Source of the DNA: a bacterium
GTDB taxonomy: Bacteria > Myxococcota > UBA727 > JAUIJE01
DNA: 64,000 nt
Direction: 5' to 3'
Assembly (NCBI GenBank): GCA_030431455.1
Contig: JAUIJE010000003.1
Coordinates: forward strand, 8,360 to 72,359
In this document: one piece after another, positions 57,242-64,000 of the stretch
Layout: every line of letters begins with the position of its first letter
How positions within the stretch are numbered: the stretch's first letter is position 1
Notes under the pieces: generated by a model
Told to the model about the DNA's origin: nothing
The model's database searches: none
Seen by the model: only the letters and a program-made list of their open reading frames with translations
Program-made: the position numbers and the translations under genes

Positions 57242-58449
57242 GCGCGGTGTTGTTGCACAAGCTCCCGCACGCTGTCGATGACGGTCTGTTGTTCGTCGTC
57301 GGTCATGCCGGGAAAGAGGGGCAGGCTGATGAGCCCCTCGTAGGCGGCCTCGGCCACGGGAAACATGCCCGGGCCGGTGCCGTAGGTCTGGCGATAGTAG
57401 GGATGCAGATGCAGCGGCATCCAATGCACGCTGCAGCCGATGCCGCGTTCTTTGAGCGCGTCGATGAAGTCGTTGCGCGAGATGCTCAGCGTCCCGGGCA
57501 CAAGCCCAATGGGGAACAGGTGCCAGGAGCTTTGCCGGTCATCGTGTTCGGTGAGGGTCCAGAGCGCGGGCTCGTCGGCGAAGGCACTTTGGTACACCCC
57601 GGCGAGACGGCGGCGCTCTTGCCAGAGCTCATCCGCGCGGGCGAGCTGGTGCAGGCCGATGGCGGAGGCGATGTCGGTGAGGTTGTACTTAAAGCCGGGG
57701 GCGACGATTTCGTAATACCAACTCGCCTTGGTGTCGAAGCGGCGCCAGGCGTCTTTGCTCATGCCGTGCAGGGACATGACCCGCATGCGATCGGCGAGCT
57801 TTTCGTCGTCGGTGACGGCCATGCCCCCTTCGCCGGTGGTGATGCACTTGTTGGCGTAAAAGGAAAAGCACACGATGTCCGCGGTGGTCCCGCAGGGCCG
57901 CCAGGTGTCGCCCTCTCCCTTGGCGTAGGCAGGCATGCAGTGGGCCGCGTCCTCGATGAGGGCCAGGTCATAGGCCTCGGCCAAGGCGCGCACGCCGTCG
58001 ACGTCGGCCATCTGCCCCGCGTAGTGCACGGGGATGATGGCGCGGACTCTTTGGTACGGCGGCTTGAGCCCGGCCACGGGCTGGCCTTGGCGGATGGCCT
58101 CGAGGGTCTCGCCCGCCTTTTGGGTGTCGATGCACAATGTATCTGGTCGGCAATCGACCATCACCGGCACCGCGTCGAAGTAGCGCACGACCTCGGCGGT
58201 GGCGGCGAAGGTGAAGGTGGGCACGATCACGAGCTCGCCGGGCTGGATGCCCACCGCCTCGAGGGCGAGGTGGAGCGCGGCGGTGCAGGAGTTGAGGGCC
58301 ACCGCGTGTTTGGCCCCGACCTTTTGCGCGAACTCCTCTTCGAAGCGTTTGGTCTTGGGCCCGGTGGTGAGCCAGCCCGAGCGCAAGGTGTCGACGACCT
58401 CGTTGATCTCAGCGTCGGTGATGTGGGGGCGGAAGAACGGGACGTTCAT
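57238..58449 (-). CDS. DegT/DnrJ/EryC1/StrS sugar aminotransferase (PglE/WecE-like)
   Basis: PLP-dependent sugar aminotransferase fold with a SFYANK-type Lys motif (FSFYANKCITTGEGG). Confidence 0.85.
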   Translation of the reverse strand: MNVPFFRPHITDAEINEVVDTLRSGWLTTGPKTKRFEEEFAQKVGAKHAVALNSCTAALHLALEAVGIQPGELVIVPTFTFAATAEVVRYFDAVPVMVDCRPDTLCIDTQKAGETLEAIRQGQPVAGLKPPYQRVRAIIPVHYAGQMADVDGVRALAEAYDLALIEDAAHCMPAYAKGEGDTWRPCGTTADIVCFSFYANKCITTGEGGMAVTDDEKLADRMRVMSLHGMSKDAWRRFDTKASWYYEIVAPGFKYNLTDIASAIGLHQLARADELWQERRRLAGVYQSAFADEPALWTLTEHDDRQSSWHLFPIGLVPGTLSISRNDFIDALKERGIGCSVHWMPLHLHPYYRQTYGTGPGMFPVAEAAYEGLISLPLFPGMTDDEQQTVIDSVRELVQQHRA

Positions 58450-59123
58450 GTCGGGGTCTCTTTTGTGGAGAGCTGGGCGAGGCATTCGTCGAGCACCGAT
58501 TGTTGTTCGGCGGGGATCTTGCCGAGGACCGAGAGCGCGGTCTTGGCCACGATGCCGAGGTCGAACAACAGCGATTGCGACTCAACCCCGCGCTGGGCGA
58601 GCTCGAGTTTTTTGGGCAGGACCACTTCGCGGTAGGCCCACTCGCGGTCGGTGGCCCGGGCGAGGATGTCCTCTTCGTGGCGAAAGGTGAGCGAAGACAG
58701 ATCGGTGATGCCGGGCCGGACCTGGAGCACCGCCTGCCAGCGCGGGTCTTGCTCGTCGACGTAAGCCGGGGCTTCGGGCCGCGGCCCGACAATGCTCATG
58801 TCCCCGCGCAACACGTTGATGAGCTGGGGCAACTCGTCGAGTTTGGTCTTGCGCAAGATGCGGCCCACGGGGGTGATGCGGGCATCGCCGGCCGCGGTCA
58901 CCGCCGGGCCTTGTTTGTCCGCGCCTTGGGTCATGGTGCGCAGCTTGAGCGTGGAAAAGGGCCGACCGTCTTTGCCGATGCGGCGGTGGGCGAACAGCGC
59001 CGGCCCGTCGGAGGTGGCCTTGACCAACACTGCCCCGGCCGCGAGCAAGGGCACGGTCAACGGGGCGGTGCCAAGCACACAGGCGACATCGAGCCCGCGT
59101 TTCAATCGCCGGTAAAGACTCAC
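58446..59123 (-). CDS. undecaprenyl-phosphate sugar phosphotransferase (PglC/WbaP-C-terminal-like bacterial sugar transferase)
   Basis: Conserved PRP..E catalytic segment (DMSIVGPRPE). The GTG start has a GGAGGG SD and overlaps the upstream stop (GTGA). Confidence 0.75.
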   Translation of the reverse strand: MSLYRRLKRGLDVACVLGTAPLTVPLLAAGAVLVKATSDGPALFAHRRIGKDGRPFSTLKLRTMTQGADKQGPAVTAAGDARITPVGRILRKTKLDELPQLINVLRGDMSIVGPRPEAPAYVDEQDPRWQAVLQVRPGITDLSSLTFRHEEDILARATDREWAYREVVLPKKLELAQRGVESQSLLFDLGIVAKTALSVLGKIPAEQQSVLDECLAQLSTKETPT

Positions 59124-59773
59124 CGCACCCTCCGGGCGGGCGCGCCGACGTAGAGGCCGGGTTCGGTGAGGTCTTGGGTGACCACGGTGCCGCCGCCGGT
59201 CTGGACTCGGTCGTGGATCGTCACGTTGTCGATGACGGTGGTGCCGATGCCCAAAAAGCACTCGCGTCCGACGGTGACGTAGCCCGCAAGGTTCACCGCC
59301 GGGCCGAGAAAGGTGTGGGCCCCCACGGTGGTGTCGTGGGCGATGACGCAACCGGCGTTCAGCAAAGAATTGGCCTCTACGCGCGCGCCCACGTCGAGCA
59401 CGCAGCGGGGGAACAGCACCGCGCCGTCGGCCACGGTGGCGGTGGGATGTACGTAGGCGCTTTCGTGCACCACCGCGGCGAACTGATGACCGGCCTGGAT
59501 GAGCGCGGCAAACAGCGACGCCCGGGCCTCGAGATGTTTGTAGCCGATGCCCATGACCAGGCGGTCGAATGGACCGCGGGGGTCATGTTGGCGCTTGAGC
59601 GGCTGAATCGCCCCGAGCACGGGCAAGCCGGTGACTTGGGTCCCAGGCTCGAGGGTGTCGTCGTAAAAACCCACGCAACGCCATTGTCCAGACGTCGCCA
59701 GATGGGCGGCCAGGGTCTGGCCGAGGTCGCCGGCCCCGAGGATGGCCACGGGCACTTTGTCGGCCGGGCTCAT
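59120..59773 (-). CDS. PglD/NeuD-like sugar N-acetyltransferase (hexapeptide left-handed beta-helix)
   Basis: N-terminal Rossmann-like AILGAGDLGQ and C-terminal hexapeptide repeats. ATGA overlap with the upstream gene. The R/P-rich 5' half of ORF 59120..60589 is rejected. Confidence 0.75.
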   Translation of the reverse strand: MSPADKVPVAILGAGDLGQTLAAHLATSGQWRCVGFYDDTLEPGTQVTGLPVLGAIQPLKRQHDPRGPFDRLVMGIGYKHLEARASLFAALIQAGHQFAAVVHESAYVHPTATVADGAVLFPRCVLDVGARVEANSLLNAGCVIAHDTTVGAHTFLGPAVNLAGYVTVGRECFLGIGTTVIDNVTIHDRVQTGGGTVVTQDLTEPGLYVGAPARRVR

Positions 59774-60774
59774 GTGCCGAGCTCGCGGACAGGGGTGGGG
59801 CGCGCGGCCTCGAGCGGCACCGCTTGCTCGTCGAGGTTGAACGTCCGTTGCACGCCGTAGATGGGCCGCGCCTTGGCCTCGGCGTAGAGCCGCCCGAGAT
59901 AGCTGCCGATGAGGCCGAGCAGAATGATCTGCACCGAGCCGAGCAAGAGGATGACGAGGATGGTCGAGGTCCACCCAGACATGCCGATGCCGAACACGAG
60001 CTTGCGAATGAAGGCGTACAGGCCCCACAGCGAGGTGGCGGCGAGCAAGGTCACGCCAAAGCTGATGCCAAGCTGAAGGGGCTTGTCCGAAAACGCGATC
60101 ATCGCGTTGAGCGCCAGGCGCATGCGACGGCGGAAGTTGAACTTGGTCTGGCCGGCAAAGCGCGGGCGGTGCTCGACCTCGAGGGTGGTGCGGCGCATGC
60201 CGACGAGCATGAAGATGCCCTCGATGAAGCGCACGCGCTCTTTGTGCTGCAAGAACGCTTCGGCGAAGGGCCGGTTGAAGATGCGCATCACCGACAGGCC
60301 GGTGGGGATTTGCAGCCCCGTCATCCAGTTGAGCGAGGTCCAAAACACCTTGGAGAAGAGCCGGGTCGAGAGCGAGGCCGAGCGCTCTTTGCGCACGCCG
60401 AACACGAGGTCGTAGCCCTCTTGGGCCTTTTGGTAGAAGTCGACGATGCGCTCGGGCGGGTCTTGCAGGTCGGGGTCCATCATCAGCATCCACCGCCCGC
60501 GGGCGTGTTCGATGCCGGCGGTGACCGCCGCCTCCTTGCCATGGTTGCGCGAGAGCTGCACGAGTTTGATGCGGTCGTCGTCCGCGCAAAGTGCAGCGGT
60601 GAGTTCGACCGTGCGGTCCTGGCTCCCGTCGTCAACAAATACGATCTCGTACGTGAGGTCCTCGTCGTCGAGAGCCGCGCGCACCTGGCGCACAAACTCC
60701 TCCACGCACTCTTCCTCATAGTAGAGCGCCACGATGAGCGAGAGGTCCGGGCGATCGCTCACCCTGCCCCCCAC
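59770..60774 (-). CDS. GT2 polyprenyl-phosphate glycosyltransferase (ArnC/GtrB/DPM1-like)
   Basis: GT2 DxD region (VFVDDGSQD), a conserved core, and two C-terminal TM helices. An alternative GTG start at 60762 would give a GTGA overlap with the upstream gene. Confidence 0.8.
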   Translation of the reverse strand: MGGRVSDRPDLSLIVALYYEEECVEEFVRQVRAALDDEDLTYEIVFVDDGSQDRTVELTAALCADDDRIKLVQLSRNHGKEAAVTAGIEHARGRWMLMMDPDLQDPPERIVDFYQKAQEGYDLVFGVRKERSASLSTRLFSKVFWTSLNWMTGLQIPTGLSVMRIFNRPFAEAFLQHKERVRFIEGIFMLVGMRRTTLEVEHRPRFAGQTKFNFRRRMRLALNAMIAFSDKPLQLGISFGVTLLAATSLWGLYAFIRKLVFGIGMSGWTSTILVILLLGSVQIILLGLIGSYLGRLYAEAKARPIYGVQRTFNLDEQAVPLEAARPTPVRELGT

Positions 60775-61469
60775 TGGGCCACGGCGTACGCGGTCAGCCC
60801 CGCCCAGCTCTGTACATACGGACAGTCCACGTGCGGTCCATAGCGCCCCGCCACGTCGAGCAAAACCGGGGAAAGCCCCGCCCCGCGCGCCCCGGTCACG
60901 TCGGCCACATAATCGTTGCCCACGTACACACAGTCCGCGGCGGCCAGGCCCGTTCGCGCCAAAAAGCCCGCGAACGCTCCCGGGGCGGGCTTTTCCACCC
61001 CGAGCGCTTGAGACGAAAGCGCCGCGCGAAAGAAGCCGTCCAGCCCCGCGTCGGCGAGGACCCGTTCGAGACCAAGGTCCCAGTTGGCCAACACGTACAA
61101 ATCCGTACGCGCGGCAAACGTGTCCAGCGCGGCCCGCACCCCGTCGTGCGGGACCCAGCGACGTTGGGCGCGCACCGCCTCGACCATGCGCGGCCCGAAC
61201 GCCTTTTCGTACGAACCAAGCCCCAACGCGGACAGCACCGCGCGGTTGAGCCGCGCGTAGAACGCGGCCTTGTCCTCCTCGGTGGCGAGCTCACTTGAAT
61301 GCATCTGCATCGCAAAGTCGACCCGGGCGTACGCCTGCGTGACCGCCGCCAGAGGGACCTCGACCCCGAGGTCCTGCAACACCCCGGCGCACATCTCTTC
61401 GCGGCGCGGCGACAGGTGCAGCAAGGTATCGCCACAATCGAACACCAACGTGGGCCACGCTTCGCTCAT
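60759..61469 (-). CDS. HAD-superfamily hydrolase
   Basis: Motif I FDCGDT at the real N-terminus (MSEAWPTLVFDCGDTLL) and a YVGND motif IV. The upstream RGP-rich ORF extension is rejected. Confidence 0.6.
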   Translation of the reverse strand: MSEAWPTLVFDCGDTLLHLSPRREEMCAGVLQDLGVEVPLAAVTQAYARVDFAMQMHSSELATEEDKAAFYARLNRAVLSALGLGSYEKAFGPRMVEAVRAQRRWVPHDGVRAALDTFAARTDLYVLANWDLGLERVLADAGLDGFFRAALSSQALGVEKPAPGAFAGFLARTGLAAADCVYVGNDYVADVTGARGAGLSPVLLDVAGRYGPHVDCPYVQSWAGLTAYAVAQWGAG

Positions 61470-62425
61470 GCCACCACCAGTTCGGTCCAATGCCGAAACA
61501 CGGTCGCTTCTTGGGGGGCGTGTCGGGGCATGGCCTGGCCGTGCACGAAGTGGTCGTAGAGCCGGATGGGGTCGTTCACGCCCAGGGCGACCCGCATCGC
61601 GGTCGAGCCGGACAAACGCGGATTGATTTCGAACACCCGCGGCGTGCCCTGCTCGTCGAGCCGCAGCTGCACATTGATGGCCCCGCGCGCGCCGGTGAGC
61701 GCGGGGGCCAGCCTGGCAAAGAAGTCGTCCAGGAACCCATCGGTGCGGGGTCGGCACCACATCGTGCGCCCGTCGCGCAATCCGCGCTCGCACACCACCG
61801 TGTCGCAGAGGGCGCCGTCCCGGTCGAACAACAGCCCACAGGTGTATTCCGGCCCCTCGACGTAACGCTGCGCGCAGGGCGCATCCGTGGAGAGCCACGC
61901 GGACAGAAACGAGGTCTCGTCGTGGCAGATGGAAATCGCGCTCGAGCCGTGACCTGCCCGGGGCTTGACCACGAGCGGCAACCCCAGCTGCTCAAGCACC
62001 TGCTGGGCCGCGACCTCGGGCCCGCAGGTCGGCAAATGGGGCAGGCCGGCCCGATCCAGCAACATTTGGGTGCGGACCTTGTCGCTGGCGTGGTGCACAA
62101 AATCGGGCGAAGCCACGAGCACCTGCGCGCCGGTCTTCTGCTCGACCTCGGTCCGGTGTTCGGCCCAGAGCGGAATCTCTTGGTCGATGCCCAAAAAGAG
62201 GCACTCGATGTCGTGGGCCATAAGCTGCGCGGAAATCGCGTCGATGTAGCCGGGGTCTTTGACCAGAGGGGGACGGTGGTGCGCGTCGACGAGATGAAAC
62301 CCGGCACAGTCGGAGGACGCATCCAAGCCGAGCAGGAAGAAGTCGCGGCCCGACGTGCGCAGGGCCTTGATCACCCCGAGGCCGACATCGCCGCTCACCC
62401 CGGTGATCGCCACCCGCCCGGTCAC
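61466..62425 (-). CDS. ATP-grasp domain protein (CarB/PurK/DdlA-like ligase)
   Basis: ATP-grasp core (LPLVVKPRAGHGS, EINPRLSG). The GTG start overlaps the upstream stop (GTGA). Confidence 0.6.
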   Translation of the reverse strand: MTGRVAITGVSGDVGLGVIKALRTSGRDFFLLGLDASSDCAGFHLVDAHHRPPLVKDPGYIDAISAQLMAHDIECLFLGIDQEIPLWAEHRTEVEQKTGAQVLVASPDFVHHASDKVRTQMLLDRAGLPHLPTCGPEVAAQQVLEQLGLPLVVKPRAGHGSSAISICHDETSFLSAWLSTDAPCAQRYVEGPEYTCGLLFDRDGALCDTVVCERGLRDGRTMWCRPRTDGFLDDFFARLAPALTGARGAINVQLRLDEQGTPRVFEINPRLSGSTAMRVALGVNDPIRLYDHFVHGQAMPRHAPQEATVFRHWTELVVA

Positions 62426-63234
62426 GCGCCCTCCGCCATGGCCAAGATGGTGTCGCTGAGCGGGGTGAACGGTCGGGCGAGCAGCTCGCGCGCCGGCCCC
62501 GCGTCATAGGACGCGGGCTTGCCACCGTCGCCCGTGCGGTCGTCGACAACGTCACTGGACGACTGGAGCGCGGCTTTGACCGCATCGGCGAGCGCGCGCA
62601 TGTCGAGGGTCGTGTCCGAAAAAGCGTTCACCACGTCCCGGTCCTCGTCGAGCAGGCGCGCCGCCAAGTCGGCCACGTCCTCGACCGCGATGAAGTTTTG
62701 CACGTACGCCCGTGGACCGACCACCCGCAACGGGTCGCCGGCCTTGGCCGCGGCCACGAAGGTGGGCAACACCGATCGCAGCGTGGGCGCGGGACCCGCG
62801 ATCGAGCTCGGCCGCAACACCGAAAGCCGCGCGCCGAACGCCTGCCGCAACACCTGCTCGGCCGCGGCTTTGTCCGCGCCATACGGGCCCGGGGCCGGGG
62901 CCGACGCAAAAGGTCCCCAGCCGGGGACCTCGTCGGTGCCGTACACCGAAACCGACGAGAGGTACACCACCTTGCGCAATGCTTGTGCACGCGGGCTCTC
63001 CACCAACGCCTCGGCCAGCGCGCGGTTCGGCCAGGGGGCGCCCCCCCGACGGGGCAACACCCCGGCCACGTGCACCAGTTCGCTCACGTCGTCGAGCGCC
63101 GTGGTCCAGCTCGCGGGCTGCGCAAGGTCGCCACCGGCTCGGTCGTGCGCGCGCCCGGTGCGTCCCGCGCGTGACAACGCAGAGACCACGTGACGGCCCA
63201 CGAACCCCGCCGCTCCGGTGACGAGGGTGGTCAT
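62422..63234 (-). CDS. NAD-dependent epimerase/dehydratase (SDR)
   Basis: N-terminal TGAAGFVG Rossmann motif. Y..K active-site motif not checked. Translationally coupled to its neighbours. Confidence 0.7.
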   Translation of the reverse strand: MTTLVTGAAGFVGRHVVSALSRAGRTGRAHDRAGGDLAQPASWTTALDDVSELVHVAGVLPRRGGAPWPNRALAEALVESPRAQALRKVVYLSSVSVYGTDEVPGWGPFASAPAPGPYGADKAAAEQVLRQAFGARLSVLRPSSIAGPAPTLRSVLPTFVAAAKAGDPLRVVGPRAYVQNFIAVEDVADLAARLLDEDRDVVNAFSDTTLDMRALADAVKAALQSSSDVVDDRTGDGGKPASYDAGPARELLARPFTPLSDTILAMAEGA

Positions 63235-64000
63235 GTCGCGACCACGCTCCCCTCGTCGCGCACGTGCTCGAGGTAATCACGATAGACCGAACGCGGGAGC
63301 TGTTGGACCAACTGCGCGAACGCATCGTGCGACAGGTACCCGCGCCGGTACGCGACCTCTTCCGGGGAGCCGATGATCAGCCCTTGGCGCGACTGCAGCG
63401 CGTGCACGAAGCTCGAGGCTTCGAGCAGATTTTCCGGTGTACCGGTGTCGAGCCAGGCGATGCCGCGGCCCATCGGCCGGGCCCGGAGCTGACCATTCTC
63501 GAGGTAGACGCGGTTGAGGTCGGTGATTTCGAGCTCGCCCCGCGCCGAGGGCGCAAGCGCCTTCGCATACGCGGGGGCGTGCTCGTCGTAGAGGTACATG
63601 CCGGGGACCGCCCAGGGTGATTTGGGCTTTTTGGGTTTTTCTTCGAGGGACACGACCTGAAAGTCCGCGTCCACCTCGACCACGCCGTACGCGCTCGGGT
63701 CGGCCACGCGATAGCCGAACACGGTGGCGCCTTCTTTGAGCTGTTCGACCTCTTCGCGCAAAAAGTCGAGCCGGCCGTAGATGAAGTTGTCGCCGAGCAT
63801 GAGCATGCTCTTGTGCCCGTCGAGGAACGTCTCCGCGAGCACCAACGCTTCAGCGATGCCGCGGGGTGCGGCCTGCTCTTGGTACGCGAGCGACACGCCC
63901 CAGCGCGACCCGTCGCCCAGCAACTGTTCGAACCGCGGGAGGTCTTCGGGCGAGCTGATGATCAGAATCTCACGCAGCCCGGCCACCATCATGGTGGTGA
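63231..64000 (-). CDS. rfbA: glucose-1-phosphate thymidylyltransferase (RmlA/RfbA); N-terminus lies beyond the window
   Basis: C-terminal ~255 aa of RmlA (..GYRVADPSAYGVVE.., EITDLN, SHDAFAQLVQ). The ORF runs off the window end. Confidence 0.85.
   Translation of the reverse strand, partial: TTMMVAGLREILIISSPEDLPRFEQLLGDGSRWGVSLAYQEQAAPRGIAEALVLAETFLDGHKSMLMLGDNFIYGRLDFLREEVEQLKEGATVFGYRVADPSAYGVVEVDADFQVVSLEEKPKKPKSPWAVPGMYLYDEHAPAYAKALAPSARGELEITDLNRVYLENGQLRARPMGRGIAWLDTGTPENLLEASSFVHALQSRQGLIIGSPEEVAYRRGYLSHDAFAQLVQQLPRSVYRDYLEHVRDEGSVVAT

Noticed and set aside
59774-60589. 5' two-thirds of ORF 59120..60589(-)
   Set aside because: R/P/H-rich and out of frame with the GT2 gene that occupies this interval. 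Only the PglD-like 3' part (59120..59773) is real.
1-64000. Apparent abundance of the 5-mer CAATG/CATTG
   Set aside because: About 80 occurrences versus about 53 expected from base composition, so only mildly enriched. The significant signal resides in the longer CAATGTC[TA]C core, which is reported as a finding.

Overview
This 64 kb window has about 70% GC and reads as a myxobacteria-like chromosome segment (PilT, FHA proteins, many lipoproteins, RGP-rich spurious ORFs in every frame). I see no rRNA, tRNA, CRISPR array or obvious mobile element. I call about 45 CDS. Left to right: the C-terminus of an acetate kinase fused in frame to a PduL-type phosphotransacylase; a YiiX-like peptidase; cstA translationally coupled to a 392-aa unknown protein; a GGCT-like enzyme; two small lipoproteins; a minus-strand addB-addA-FAD oxidase operon; M23 and S41 peptidases; an atypically low-GC, Lys-rich beta-helix protein; a GyrI-like protein; a tandem MshEN/GspE-N domain protein next to pilT; a LarA-like protein; an FHA protein 4-bp-coupled to an OmpA-domain protein; fabI; two tandem paralogous ~800-aa proteins with no recognisable domains; a complete YehL/M/P/Q-like cluster (MoxR AAA+, DUF5682, vWA, SWIM Zn-finger) divergent from a WGR-DUF4132 (YehI-like) gene; dusB-like; a GH TIM-barrel lipoprotein; a CPBP protease; an O-antigen-ligase-TPR fusion; and a 10-gene start/stop-overlapping sugar cluster (rfbA, epimerase, ATP-grasp, HAD, GT2, PglD-like, PglC-like, PglE-like, HTTM, PglF-like). 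The most unusual signal is a frame-independent, strongly over-represented AT-containing motif, CCAATGTC[TA]C[TA]G (core CAATGTC / GACATTG), with about 25 copies where about 3 are expected. It forces rare codons (ACA, TTG, ATT, AAT, AGA, TCT) into highly GC-biased genes and also appears as a perfect 21-bp palindrome. It is a candidate Chi-like, uptake-like or protein-binding genomic signal.
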